64,000 nucleotides of DNA, from assembly GCA_001563875.1 (NCBI GenBank), contig LKMN01000002.1, positions 1 to 64,000 of the forward strand, given 5' to 3'. A program made the position numbers and the translations under genes. The stretch comes from Nanohaloarchaea archaeon B1-Br10_U2g1. GTDB taxonomy: Archaea; Nanohalarchaeota; Nanosalinia; Nanosalinales; Nanosalinaceae. Every line of letters starts with the position of its first letter. The stretch's first letter is position 1. Shown here in pieces: positions 10,504-21,257 of this stretch. Under the pieces are notes generated by a model. That model was not told the DNA's origin. It was given only the letters and a program-made list of their open reading frames with translations, and made no database searches.

Positions 10504-10983
10504 ATGAAGCTATGTATAACAGGTACTCCAGGAACCGGTAAAACATCTGTTTCAAAGAATCTGGACAGATTCAAGGTTATCGGTATAACCGAGTTAGTTG
10601 AAAGAGAAGATCTTGGAGAGGATGTTGTCATAGAGCAGCTTCTAGAAGCACTAAAAAACGAGATAGAGCTCCAGGAAGATACCTTAATTGAGGGGCATCT
10701 ATCACACCATTTAGAATGTGATTACTGTGTTGTTTTACGGTGTAAACCCGACGTTTTGAGAGAAAGACTTTCAAAGAGAGATTATCCCGATAGGAAGGTA
10801 GAGCAGAATGTTGAAGCAGAGATACTTGACCTAGTGCTTGTAGAAGCCTTAGATAATCAGGAAAAGGTTATTGAAATAGATACAACAAACCGTGATCCTG
10901 AAAATGTTGCTGAAGAGATTGAAAGAAGAATAGAAGAGGACGATACAGGATATGGAGATACTGACTGGACAGATTATCTCTAA
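10504..10983 (+). CDS. Atypical adenylate kinase (AK6/Fap7 family)
   Basis: ITGTPGTGKT, IEGHLSH, LRERLSKRDYPDRKVEQNVEAE. Confidence 0.9.
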   Translation: MKLCITGTPGTGKTSVSKNLDRFKVIGITELVEREDLGEDVVIEQLLEALKNEIELQEDTLIEGHLSHHLECDYCVVLRCKPDVLRERLSKRDYPDRKVEQNVEAEILDLVLVEALDNQEKVIEIDTTNRDPENVAEEIERRIEEDDTGYGDTDWTDYL

Positions 10984-11291
10984 ACGTTCTCCTTTATCCA
11001 GTTCTTAAGTTCTTCTTTCTTCATGGCTCCTGAGGTCCGAGATACCTCCTCACCGTTCTTAATGATTAGAAGTGTTGGAAGAGCTCTTACTCCGTACTTT
11101 GTTCCTAGCTGCTGGCTCTCTTGCATATCTACTTTCCCAAATTTGGGTTTGTCCATCTCCTCGGATACCTCTTCGAACACCGGTGCCAGCTTCTTACATG
11201 GCGCACACCATTCCGCCCAGAAATCGATGACCCAGACCTCGTCCGAGCCCTCAACCTTTTGTATAGAGTCTTGATCTATCTGTTCTACCAT
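10980..11291 (-). CDS. trxA: Thioredoxin
   Basis: DFWAEWCAPCK active site; cis-Pro motif ALPT. Confidence 0.95.
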   Translation of the reverse strand: MVEQIDQDSIQKVEGSDEVWVIDFWAEWCAPCKKLAPVFEEVSEEMDKPKFGKVDMQESQQLGTKYGVRALPTLLIIKNGEEVSRTSGAMKKEELKNWIKENV

Positions 11292-11332
11292 ACTACTTGA
11301 GTACTGTTCTAATCCTTAAAACTGGTCCGGTA

Positions 11333-12169
11333 TCACTCTTCCATATAGACAGTTCTGATAGGATAAGGAATGTCTATGCCTTCTCTATCAAACTTCTCTT
11401 TAACCAGCTGTGTTACCTCGGAAGAGGCCTTTACAACGCTTGCCCTACCGGTATCGGTCCATCCTCTAAGCCTTAAGTCTACGGATGAACCTCCGAGTTC
11501 GTCTGTCAGTATCTGAGGCTCGGGCTCGGACTCAACCGTTTCAGCATCATCAAGTGTCTCCCTTGCAAGATCTCTAGCTTTCTGTATATTGTCGTCGTAA
11601 CTTATTCCTACCACCACATCAAATCTTCTTTTCTCGTAGCCTGTGTTGTTAACAACAGTTTCGTTGTACAGTTTGGAGTTAGGAACAATGACCTTTCTAC
11701 CGTCAAAAGTCTTTATATCGGTAGCTCTAACCCTTATATCCTCTACAGTACCTGCTTCATCTTCTGCGGCTATCTGATCTCCTATCTTGAAAGGACGGTT
11801 TATCATTATCATAAGTCCCGAGATAAAGTTAGCAATCATTTCTCTAAGCGCAAAAGATATACCTAAGCCTATAAGACCTACAGCTGTACCTAAGGCTGAC
11901 GGAGGGACTCCGAAAACTCCTAAAATCACTATGAAAGCTACTGAATATATTAAGTATGAAGTAAGTTTTTTAGCTGTCGCTGAAGCGTGCTTTGTCCCAT
12001 TGCTATGCTCTATTGATCTTTCAACTATCTTGTTTGAAGCTCTATCCACTACCAGCGCAAGAGCTAAAACAACTGCAGCCCAAGCTACCGCTTGTAAAGT
12101 TATATCAGGCGGAAGAAGCTGTGCTACATCCTCCGATACTAGCTCTCCTGTAGAAGCAATCGAATCCAT
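11333..12169 (-). CDS. mscS: Small-conductance mechanosensitive channel (MscS family)
   Basis: GISFALREMIANFISG, RPFKIGD, GTVEDI, DGRKVIVPNS, GIDIPYP. Confidence 0.93.
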   Translation of the reverse strand: MDSIASTGELVSEDVAQLLPPDITLQAVAWAAVVLALALVVDRASNKIVERSIEHSNGTKHASATAKKLTSYLIYSVAFIVILGVFGVPPSALGTAVGLIGLGISFALREMIANFISGLMIMINRPFKIGDQIAAEDEAGTVEDIRVRATDIKTFDGRKVIVPNSKLYNETVVNNTGYEKRRFDVVVGISYDDNIQKARDLARETLDDAETVESEPEPQILTDELGGSSVDLRLRGWTDTGRASVVKASSEVTQLVKEKFDREGIDIPYPIRTVYMEE

Positions 12170-12232
12170 AATCTAACATTAAATACAGGTTAAGGAATCT
12201 TAATAAAAATTCGGACACAGGAATGATTATCG

Positions 12233-13168
12233 ATGTACAGCCGTTTCACAGCCTTAACAGATTTTGAGGAGAAAGATCTCGAGAAGTTAAGAAACTGCAA
12301 AGTAGCTGTAGTAGGTTTAGGTGCCACAGGATCCGTTATAGCAGAGCATTTAGCCCGGCACGGCATCAATCTTCTGATCTTGGATAGAGACTACCTTGAG
12401 GAAAACGATGTGTACTCCTCCAATATCTACACACCTGAAGACTGTCAAGATTCAATTCCAAAAGCTGTAGCAGCGGAAAAGTACCTAGAAAAATTCACAG
12501 GTATAGATTCAAGGGTTGCTAGTCTAAACCCTGAAAACGTCGATCTTCTTGACGGAACAGATTTAATAATTGACGGAACAGATAATCTGGAGACCCGTTT
12601 CCTAATAAACGAGTTCTCAAAGAAAGAGGAAATCCCTTGGATATACACCGCAGCAATTGGAGAGAAAGGATATTCAATGTTCTTCAAAGAAAAATGTTTC
12701 AACTGCGTGTTTGACGATATAAATGCAGGATCCTTGGAGACATGTGAAGTAGCCGGAGTTTTAAGAGAGTCTTCTACTGCAGCAGCCTCTATAACCTCTA
12801 CGAAAGCTGTAAAACACTTGACAGGACAGACTGTTGAAGAAACGCTTGACACTGTTGAAGGAGACAGCTTTCAGGTGGTTTCCTCGGGATGCGATGTGTG
12901 TAGAGATGGATCGTACAGCCGACTTGGATCCTCCAGAAAAACTGTAGCGGTCTGCGGAGAAAACAAGTACCAGCTGGATACAGATATAGGAGCTGAAGGC
13001 AGAGAAAAAATTAGAGAACAAGGAAAAGTACTTTCCGATAACGAATATGTTCTGAGATCAAATATTAACGGTAAAGAGATATCAGTTTTCAGTTCAGGAC
13101 GGATAATAGTTGAAGCAAATGACAAAGGTCATGCTGAAAGCTTCGTTTCAGAGACGATAGGGGTTTAA
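12233..13168 (+). CDS. ThiF/MoeB/E1-like adenylyltransferase with C-terminal extension
   Basis: GLGATG, DRDYLE, DGTDNLETRFLIN, CFNC...CDVC zinc ligands, catalytic-loop ETCEVAG. Confidence 0.9.
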   Translation: MYSRFTALTDFEEKDLEKLRNCKVAVVGLGATGSVIAEHLARHGINLLILDRDYLEENDVYSSNIYTPEDCQDSIPKAVAAEKYLEKFTGIDSRVASLNPENVDLLDGTDLIIDGTDNLETRFLINEFSKKEEIPWIYTAAIGEKGYSMFFKEKCFNCVFDDINAGSLETCEVAGVLRESSTAAASITSTKAVKHLTGQTVEETLDTVEGDSFQVVSSGCDVCRDGSYSRLGSSRKTVAVCGENKYQLDTDIGAEGREKIREQGKVLSDNEYVLRSNINGKEISVFSSGRIIVEANDKGHAESFVSETIGV

Positions 13169-13199
13169 ATTTCTCTAGTTCTTATCTATCCCTAGAAAA

Positions 13200-14045
13200 A
13201 TGGATTTAGAAGAAGATTATGTAAAGTATGCAGGACAGTTCTCACTTACGCTCTTAGCTGTATCTGCCACTTACTTCTTTGATCCGGCCAATGCCTATAG
13301 CTACGGAACCTTTCTAGGTGTGACTGTACTATTTGGTTATACAGCCTATATTTCACGTGAAGGCTTCCAGTCATCCGCCTTCCTAGCTTTTGCTGCATTG
13401 ATATTTCTACCTTTAAACGCTCAGATGGCTGCTACATCCATAGTTGTAAGCTTTGGAAACGTTCTGATATCTTTCTTCTCTAAAGGATCAAGCTTTAGAA
13501 GTTATTACGGCACAGTATCTTTGCCTATGCTTTTTACCGGTGCAATACTAGGTATAGCTTTCTTCTACGGTGCTAGCCTGCAACCTGAGATAGCGGAAGA
13601 TCTAGGAGAGCAGTTTTCAGGCGCTACTGCCGAAAAAACAGGTCTATTAGTTGAGCAAGCGGAGATAATAGAGGTTCAGCAGGACCAACAGACAGACATG
13701 ATTGAGGACTCTGTAACCGGGACAGTTATGCTAACAAGAGAATATGTCACGAGTGAGACCGAAGGAGAGCTTAGTGCCGAAGACCAACAGGTCATAATTG
13801 AAGCTTTTGAAGGAGCCGAGCAGAACATATCACAAGAGTTTAGGGAAGAGACAGACGACAGTATGGACGATATTGAGATGGCAGGGCAGGTAGAAAAAGT
13901 GGTTCAGAATCTGATTGAAGGTAACGAAGTCTTATACCTAGCGCCTATACTAGCGGTGGGTTTATACGCCTTACATCCGTTTATAGGAATTCTAACCGCG
14001 ATTTCTGCAGTCTCGTTTCAAAGGTTTGACAGAAAGTCAGAGTAA
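13200..14045 (+). CDS. Hypothetical multi-pass membrane protein
   Basis: Several N-terminal TM segments, an acidic helical loop and a C-terminal TM; no family recognised. Confidence 0.7.
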   Translation: MDLEEDYVKYAGQFSLTLLAVSATYFFDPANAYSYGTFLGVTVLFGYTAYISREGFQSSAFLAFAALIFLPLNAQMAATSIVVSFGNVLISFFSKGSSFRSYYGTVSLPMLFTGAILGIAFFYGASLQPEIAEDLGEQFSGATAEKTGLLVEQAEIIEVQQDQQTDMIEDSVTGTVMLTREYVTSETEGELSAEDQQVIIEAFEGAEQNISQEFREETDDSMDDIEMAGQVEKVVQNLIEGNEVLYLAPILAVGLYALHPFIGILTAISAVSFQRFDRKSE

Positions 14046-14069
14046 TCTTTCAGGCTATTAAAGTTTGTA

Positions 14070-16781
14070 ATGAATAAGCTGTTTATGACCGAGATAAAAT
14101 TTGTAGACGATTCTGATGCTTCTCAGAAGCTTCCAAGAGACTTTGAACCATACGTTAAAGACTGGTTTAACTCAGAGTTTCCAGGGCTGAGCGAGCCCCA
14201 GAAATACTCTTTCGACCTGATACATAGAGAGGAGAACTCTCTTATCTCTGCACCTACAGGATCTGGTAAGACGTTGTCAGCCTTCATGTCAGCGTTGAAC
14301 GAGGTTTTCAGGATGGGTAACGAGGACGAACTAGAAGATAAAGTCTACGTGCTGTACGTTTCTCCACTGAGAGCGCTCAGTAACGATATCAAAAGGAATC
14401 TTCAGGACCCTCTAGAAGGAATTAAGCAGAAGGCAGAGGAGAACGGCTACGAAGTTCCTGAGGTTCGTAGTGCGGTCAGAACAGGAGATACAACAGATTC
14501 AGAGAAGAGTAAGATGCGTGAAAAACCTCCTCATATAATGATAACCACACCTGAATCACTGGGTATCATACTTGACTCTCCAAAGTTTAGAGAAAAGTTC
14601 AGAGACATAAAGTACGTTATAGTTGATGAGATACATAGCCTGTCTGAAAACAAGAGAGGTGTACACCTATCGCTTTCTCTTGAAAGACTTGAAGAGATGG
14701 TAAACGGATCTCCTACACGGATAGGTCTATCAGCAACTCAGGCGCCTATAGATGAGATAGCAAAGTATCTGGTCGGATATGAGAACAGTAACGAAAGTTC
14801 AACCAAGATAACAGAAAGAGGCGACGAGATAAAGACCGAGGAGTTAAGCTCCGAACAAGAATACCGTTCCAGAGGCTGTAATATCGTAGATGTTGCAGCA
14901 TCGAAGGAGATTGATCTAGAAACTATATCGCCGGTTAAGGATCTTATCTATACAGACCCTTCGAAAATCAATAACGAGATGTACGAGAGGATTCACAGCC
15001 TCATACAAGACCACGAGTCCACCATAATTTTTACCAATACACGTAGCGCTACCGAAAGAGTCGTGAACAACCTTAAGGAACGGTTTCCTGAAAGTTACGA
15101 TGATAACATAGGCGCACACCACTCCTCAATGTCACGAGAGGAAAGACTAAAGGTAGAGGAGAAACTGAAGAAAGGCGAGATGAAGGTCGGAGTAACCTCA
15201 ACCTCTCTAGAGCTTGGGGTAGATATCGGTACAGTAGATTTAGTGCTACAGCTGGGATCTCCTAAAGGCGTTGCAAGAGGTATACAGAGGATAGGAAGGT
15301 CCGGCCACCAGATAGGAGAAAAAGCTAAAGGAAAGATGATAGTCGTGGACAGAGATGATGCCAAAGAGTGTTCAGTACTTACCAAATGTGCTAAAGAAGA
15401 CGAACTGGACAAGATACAGATACCCAGAAACTGTTTAGATGTCTTAGCTCAGCATATAGTTGGTATGGCCTGCAACAGGAAATGGGATATTGATCAAGCC
15501 TTCAACATGATCAGGAAAAGTTACTGTTACCAGGAGCTGGACCTAGGAGAGTACGAGGACGTATTGAAATATCTGGCCGGAGAGTACGAGCTAGAGGATC
15601 AGAACGTCTACAGAAAGATCTGGATAGACCACGAGGAAGAAATATTCGGCAGAAGCGGTAAAATGACAAGAGTCATCTACATGACCAATATAGGGACCAT
15701 ACCAGACGAGTCGGGCTACGACGTCGTAACACGTGGCGATAAAAACTATGTAGGGACTCTGGACGAAGAGTTCTTAGACCGGCTTACGAAAGGAGATATA
15801 TTCACCCTAGGAGGATCAACTTACGAGTTCCGTTATGCTAGAGGCATGAAAGTCTATGTTGATCCTCGGCCTAAGAAACAGCCCACAGTACCTTCTTGGT
15901 ACTCTGAAAGACTTCCTCTGAGCTACGATCTAGGCGTCAAGATCGGCGAGTTCCGGCAAAGCGTTGAAAAACAGATAGAGTTAGGTGCCGAAGACGAAGA
16001 CATCGTAGAGTGGATTATGCAAAACTACTATCTCGATAGGAATACTGCGGAAGCCATCTACCAGTACATAAATGAACAGAAAAGATTTCTTGGCAAGGTT
16101 TCAAACCACGAAAGCATCACTGTAGAGAGGTATATTGACGAGGAGAACCGTCAAAACTTCATATTCCACACAATCTATGGACGGAGAACTCACGATGCAT
16201 TGGCCCGTATACTCTCCCACATACTTCAGAAGCGAATCGGTTCGAACATAGGAATGATAATAGACGATAACGGTTTTGTTATAGTTACACCGAGAAGGCC
16301 TGTTGACATCGAAAGACTGTTAGACCAGTTAAAAGACTGCAATCTTGAGGAAGAGCTACGTAACGCAATAAGTAAGACAGAGCTGATGAAGAGAAGATTT
16401 CGTCACGTCGCAGGGCGTTCTCTAATGATACTGAGGAACTATGGAGGGAATTCGAAGACTGTAGGCCAACAGCAGATGAAAGGCCACTTCTTACTCTCAA
16501 CAATTAGAAACGAGCACAGTGAAGAATTCCCTATGATAAAAGAGACTTACAGAGAAATAATGGAGGACGCTATGGATATAAAACACACTAGAGAAGTTGT
16601 AAAAAACCTAGAAGGCGGCAAGATAGATTTAGAGGTAATTGAATCTGATATACCCTCTCCTTTCAGTCACAACTTGATTCTACAGGAGAGTACTGACGTC
16701 ATCCGTGTAGAAGATAAGAAAGAAAGACTTCAACAGCTTCATAAACAAGTGATGGAAAGAATAGAACAGAAAGAGAATTAG
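14070..16781 (+). CDS. lhr: Lhr-family SF2 ATP-dependent helicase
   Basis: APTGSGKT, SPLRALSND, VRTGDT, TTPESL, DEIH, GLSAT, HHSS, TSTSLELGVDIG, QRIGRSGH, IGTIPD, PSPF. Confidence 0.95.
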   Translation: MNKLFMTEIKFVDDSDASQKLPRDFEPYVKDWFNSEFPGLSEPQKYSFDLIHREENSLISAPTGSGKTLSAFMSALNEVFRMGNEDELEDKVYVLYVSPLRALSNDIKRNLQDPLEGIKQKAEENGYEVPEVRSAVRTGDTTDSEKSKMREKPPHIMITTPESLGIILDSPKFREKFRDIKYVIVDEIHSLSENKRGVHLSLSLERLEEMVNGSPTRIGLSATQAPIDEIAKYLVGYENSNESSTKITERGDEIKTEELSSEQEYRSRGCNIVDVAASKEIDLETISPVKDLIYTDPSKINNEMYERIHSLIQDHESTIIFTNTRSATERVVNNLKERFPESYDDNIGAHHSSMSREERLKVEEKLKKGEMKVGVTSTSLELGVDIGTVDLVLQLGSPKGVARGIQRIGRSGHQIGEKAKGKMIVVDRDDAKECSVLTKCAKEDELDKIQIPRNCLDVLAQHIVGMACNRKWDIDQAFNMIRKSYCYQELDLGEYEDVLKYLAGEYELEDQNVYRKIWIDHEEEIFGRSGKMTRVIYMTNIGTIPDESGYDVVTRGDKNYVGTLDEEFLDRLTKGDIFTLGGSTYEFRYARGMKVYVDPRPKKQPTVPSWYSERLPLSYDLGVKIGEFRQSVEKQIELGAEDEDIVEWIMQNYYLDRNTAEAIYQYINEQKRFLGKVSNHESITVERYIDEENRQNFIFHTIYGRRTHDALARILSHILQKRIGSNIGMIIDDNGFVIVTPRRPVDIERLLDQLKDCNLEEELRNAISKTELMKRRFRHVAGRSLMILRNYGGNSKTVGQQQMKGHFLLSTIRNEHSEEFPMIKETYREIMEDAMDIKHTREVVKNLEGGKIDLEVIESDIPSPFSHNLILQESTDVIRVEDKKERLQQLHKQVMERIEQKEN

Positions 16782-16822
16782 GAGAAAAACGTTAAACTCT
16801 CACATTCAAAACTATATGGTAG

Positions 16823-18541
16823 ATGGTTTCGATTAATCAGATCTTAAGTACACTTGGAAGCTATTTCTTAAGTCCAGTAGGGCTTTTAGCTCTTTTAGGA
16901 GTTATACCTCTAGTACTGTTCTATTTGATTAAGCGAAAACCAGAAAAAGAGATAATGCCCTCCATGATGTTCTTTATGAAGGATAAAAGAGAGGGTAAAG
17001 CTAGCAAAGCCTTTAGAAAGCTACAGAGAAACAATCTGCTTTTATTACACATTCTTATTATCTCTTTATTAGCTGTTGCAATGGCTCAACCATTTCTTGA
17101 GACAGAGGAATCTTCTGAAAACGCAGTTATTATTTTAGATAGATCAGCCAGCATGGCAAATCAGATGGATAATGCTAAAGATTTTATAGAGGAAAATAAA
17201 GGTTCTTCAAACACCCTGATATTGGCAGATAGTGGTACCGAAGTTTTAGCTGAAGATTCTTCGTCAACCCAGGTCAGCTCCCATATTAATGACGTAGAGC
17301 CAACTCATCTGCCCGGAGACCCTGCCAGGGCGTTGGAACTGGCCTCTATGTATGACGGAGATATGGTTGTAGCCAGCGATTTACAGCATTCACAGGATCA
17401 GAGACCTCCTGAGGAAGTTGTAGAAGACCTTAGAAACGACGGCAGAGACGTCCAAATCTTTGAACCAGAACCCGATAACTCTTGGGGTATAGTAGATGTT
17501 GATCCTGGTGAGGAAGAAAGCTCTCTAGACATAATGAACTTTGAGGATACTGAAAGAGAGATAACTATAGAGAAAGATGGGGAAGAAACCGTTCAGTCCG
17601 TCGAACCAAGAGCTGTTGAGACAGTAACCTTCTCAACCTCGCCCGGAGAAAATGTCTTATCACTTGACTCAGACGGATTCGCTCCGGATAATACCGCTTA
17701 CATATCAGTACCGGAGAGGGAGGTATACGACGTACTTTTCATATCTGATGAAGAAAATCCTTATCTAGAGACTGCGTTTGATCTCATCGACTTTGTAGAG
17801 ATGGAGACAGAGAGTCCTCCTCTAGACAATGATATGGACGCAGATATATACATGGTAGGAGAGACAGAGAATATCCTCTCAGAGACTGTCAACGAAATCG
17901 AGGAGCAGGTAGAGGAAGGCTCTTCACTAGTTGTCTTTGGCCATGAAACTGTATTCGACACCGGTTTCGATTCTTTACCGGTAGAGAGTTCCTATGACAT
18001 AAAGGAAACACCGGTTGAGATCTATGAACCTCATATAACAAGTTTAGAGACAACTATCCTAGACACAAATAAGACAGATGGCGAATCTTACGCCGAACCA
18101 GAGGAATCACTGGTTAAAGCTGGCTATGGCGACGGAGAAGTATTTTTCTACAACATTAACGATAAAGATTTCCGTAACAGACTCAACTACCCTCTCATGT
18201 GGCAGACCGTTCTGAGAGATCTTGTTGATCAGCCTTCTTTAGAGGAGCTGAACCTCCAGACAGGGGACGAGATAGACCACTCATCTATCGAGACTGCCTC
18301 AGGAGATGAGGAGGAAGGACTCACCGAGTTAACAGAGACGGGATTCTATGAAGCAGATGACAGGGTTTATGCTGCGAATCTTGAGAGTATAGATGAGTCA
18401 GACTACCAGGAACCAAGTATTGAAGCCGAGACAGGAGATGAAGAGATGACCGAAGAAGAAGTTCAAAACCTTGTAATCCTACTTATAGGGCTTTTAATCT
18501 TGGGAGAAATAATCTACCTAAGATATATAGGTGAGATATAG
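16823..18541 (+). CDS. BatA N-terminal plus vWA-domain membrane protein
   Basis: FLSPVGLLALLGVIPLVLFYLIKRKP...PSMMF double-TM (BatA), MIDAS-like LDRSASM, C-terminal TM. Confidence 0.85.
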   Translation: MVSINQILSTLGSYFLSPVGLLALLGVIPLVLFYLIKRKPEKEIMPSMMFFMKDKREGKASKAFRKLQRNNLLLLHILIISLLAVAMAQPFLETEESSENAVIILDRSASMANQMDNAKDFIEENKGSSNTLILADSGTEVLAEDSSSTQVSSHINDVEPTHLPGDPARALELASMYDGDMVVASDLQHSQDQRPPEEVVEDLRNDGRDVQIFEPEPDNSWGIVDVDPGEEESSLDIMNFEDTEREITIEKDGEETVQSVEPRAVETVTFSTSPGENVLSLDSDGFAPDNTAYISVPEREVYDVLFISDEENPYLETAFDLIDFVEMETESPPLDNDMDADIYMVGETENILSETVNEIEEQVEEGSSLVVFGHETVFDTGFDSLPVESSYDIKETPVEIYEPHITSLETTILDTNKTDGESYAEPEESLVKAGYGDGEVFFYNINDKDFRNRLNYPLMWQTVLRDLVDQPSLEELNLQTGDEIDHSSIETASGDEEEGLTELTETGFYEADDRVYAANLESIDESDYQEPSIEAETGDEEMTEEEVQNLVILLIGLLILGEIIYLRYIGEI

Positions 18542-18545
18542 GAAG

Positions 18546-20753
18546 ATGATAGGATTTGAGAGACCTGAAGTACTGATTCTGCTTTTAGGAGTGCTACCTA
18601 TGCTCTATGCGGGCTTAAAGGCAGATAAAAGATTTAAAGAAGGTTTATGGGCTTCAAAGATACTTACGTTTAGCCTTATAGTTTTAGCTTTAACCTATCC
18701 TTTCATAGAAACCTCTTCTCAGCTGACAGAAGATCCCGAGCTCGAAGTTTTAGAGGACCGTTCAATGTCGACAGAAATCCTTGAAGATCCAGAACTAGAG
18801 TTTGAGGACGTCGAGAAAACCAGCCGTGTAATAGCTTCGGGAAACAGCTCTAACCTCAAGGACGGAATAGTCAGAAATATTGAGAGGAACGGGAACTACC
18901 TGCTTAAGACCGATCTACAGTCAGACCAAAGCCTAGAAGGTTTAGAAGACAAGATTAACGAAAGAAACGCAACCCTAAATCTGCTGAAGACTGATACCAA
19001 GGACGATATATCCGTCAGTATAAACGGACCTGACTCAACAGTTCCAGGGGCCGACAACCGTTACAAGGTAGAGACATACTCTACGGTTGACTCGGAGCTT
19101 GAACCTTCAGTAAAAGTTAACGGAGAGCCTGTAGGCCTTGAAGACACAGATGAAGGAAGATGGTCTTTCGAGGAAAGCTTTGAAAACGAGGGCGTGCAGA
19201 CGATAGAGGCTGAGATAGATTATGATGGATACTTCAACAGCAACCAAAAATACTACAAAGCGGTAGATGTAAGAGAAAAACCTGAAACACTGATACTTGG
19301 AGAACGAGGCTCTTTAGGAGAACAGCTCGAAACATTTTATAACGTCGAGCATACTTCGAGTCTGCCTGAAGACCTCTCGGACTACCACAGTGTTATTGCC
19401 AAACAGGATTTCGATGAGACAGAGCTAGTCGACTACGTTGCAGAAGGTAACGGACTTGTACATACCGGAGATCTCGAGGAAGATTACGACATCTTACCGG
19501 TATCCCCCACAGGAGAGGATCAGGATACTGACGGAGCACAGATAATGCTTGTAATTGATGCATCTCACACCACAGGTACAGAAGGTCCTACAGGAAACAT
19601 CGAAGAGTCCATAGATATTGCGTACGCCCTTGTAGATCAGCTTCCCGGAAATAATGAGGTAGGTGCTGTAGCATATCAACAAGAAGCTTACCTAATCAGT
19701 GAGCCTGAACCTCTTGTATACAACCGCGAAAACTTGAAAGAAGATATAAGCAGGATAGAGACCGAAGGCAATACCTTCCACCATAAAGGTTTGAAAGGAG
19801 CTGAAGACGCCCTAGGCGACGAGGAAGGCAATATAATAATGATAAGTGACGGTATAATACATCCACTAGGAGAGGAAGAGAATACTTATGAAAAAGCCAG
19901 TGATATAGCTTCCCGACTCTCTCAGCAGTTGATAACTGTAGGAGTAGGGGAGGACACAAACGAAGAGTTCTTAAGAGAGCTTTCAAATCTTGGAGGCGGA
20001 ACCTACATGGACGCAGAAGAGTCCTCACAACTTAATTTCATGTTTGATGCCGGAGGAGCTGAGACAGGAACCGGAGAGTTAGGAGTACTTGATTCAACAC
20101 ATTTCATAACCGAAAATCTTGAAGTCTCAGCGCAAGTACTAGGCTTTAATCCTGTAGAACCTAAGACCGGTTCAGATAGACTAGTTGCTTCTGCGGACGG
20201 AGAACCATTCCTCACTACCTGGAACTATGGAGTTGGGAGAGTGGCCTCTTTCACCGGAGATGATCCAGACCTCAGCAATCTTATGTCACAGGAACCATCT
20301 CTAGTTACCAGAACTTTAAGCTGGACAGTTGGAGACCCTGAAAGAAATAGAGAGGAATGGCTCAACATAGAGTCAGCTCGGGAAGGAGAGACTGTAGATG
20401 TAAGGTCTTCTGAAAACTTTGAAAAACTAACAAGAGAAGGAGATAATCTCTATACAGGAGAAATTGAGCCCAAGAGCACAGGTTTCCATAATTTTGAAGG
20501 GAAGACATACTCTTACAATTACAACAAGCAGATAGAGCGTATAGGCTACAACGAGGAAAATAAGGATATCATATCAAGGACCGGCGGACACATCTACGAG
20601 CCGGGTGACGAAGAGGATATAGTATCAGACCTAGAGACTCACGCTGAAAGAGAAGTAACAACTGAAAAATCTTTAACCGGCTACCTGCTACTTCTGATAC
20701 TGGTTATCTTTTTATCAGAGGTAGGATACAGAAAGTATAGAGGTAAGAAATAA
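18546..20753 (+). CDS. vWA-domain membrane protein
   Basis: N-terminal FERP double-TM, DRSMS and LVIDAS vWA motifs, IMISDG, GGGTY, C-terminal TM. ATG 18546 preferred over the track's GTG 18531. Confidence 0.8.
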   Translation: MIGFERPEVLILLLGVLPMLYAGLKADKRFKEGLWASKILTFSLIVLALTYPFIETSSQLTEDPELEVLEDRSMSTEILEDPELEFEDVEKTSRVIASGNSSNLKDGIVRNIERNGNYLLKTDLQSDQSLEGLEDKINERNATLNLLKTDTKDDISVSINGPDSTVPGADNRYKVETYSTVDSELEPSVKVNGEPVGLEDTDEGRWSFEESFENEGVQTIEAEIDYDGYFNSNQKYYKAVDVREKPETLILGERGSLGEQLETFYNVEHTSSLPEDLSDYHSVIAKQDFDETELVDYVAEGNGLVHTGDLEEDYDILPVSPTGEDQDTDGAQIMLVIDASHTTGTEGPTGNIEESIDIAYALVDQLPGNNEVGAVAYQQEAYLISEPEPLVYNRENLKEDISRIETEGNTFHHKGLKGAEDALGDEEGNIIMISDGIIHPLGEEENTYEKASDIASRLSQQLITVGVGEDTNEEFLRELSNLGGGTYMDAEESSQLNFMFDAGGAETGTGELGVLDSTHFITENLEVSAQVLGFNPVEPKTGSDRLVASADGEPFLTTWNYGVGRVASFTGDDPDLSNLMSQEPSLVTRTLSWTVGDPERNREEWLNIESAREGETVDVRSSENFEKLTREGDNLYTGEIEPKSTGFHNFEGKTYSYNYNKQIERIGYNEENKDIISRTGGHIYEPGDEEDIVSDLETHAEREVTTEKSLTGYLLLLILVIFLSEVGYRKYRGKK

Positions 20754-20765
20754 GGTGAAAACCGT

Positions 20766-21257
20766 TTGAGAACTCCTATGCTTAAAAGACAACTTAATCC
20801 ATTTTTGCTGGTTACTACCGTCCTAGTGCTTTCCCTGCTTGCTGGATTATCAGTCATATACCAAGACCAGCTTGATACTGTTCTTTCAGACAATCAGGAG
20901 CTGCATGATGAGATCGATGATAAATCGGAGGAGATAAACAGTCTGGAGGAAGACCGTTCAAACCTAGAAGACGATCTCTCAGACACAGAGGACGATCTAC
21001 AGAACTTTATTGACGAATCTGAAAGCCTGGAAAGCGAGGTAGATAGTCTTGAAATAGATATAGATGGTTTAGAGACAGATTTATCTGTTCTTGAGGAGGA
21101 GAAGGAGAATATTTCAGAGGAAAAAGAGGAGATTGAGATAGATCTTACCAGAGTGAACAGCACCTTGGGAGATATCTGTGAGAACAGCAACAACGAGATT
21201 GAGAACGGAAGCCAGGAATGTTCTGAATGGGGTCACACATACGAAGGTGAGAATTAA
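20766..21257 (+). CDS. Membrane-anchored acidic coiled-coil protein
   Basis: N-terminal TM, heptad-rich acidic region, C-terminal Cys pair; GGTGA motif upstream of the TTG start. Confidence 0.7.
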   Translation: MRTPMLKRQLNPFLLVTTVLVLSLLAGLSVIYQDQLDTVLSDNQELHDEIDDKSEEINSLEEDRSNLEDDLSDTEDDLQNFIDESESLESEVDSLEIDIDGLETDLSVLEEEKENISEEKEEIEIDLTRVNSTLGDICENSNNEIENGSQECSEWGHTYEGEN

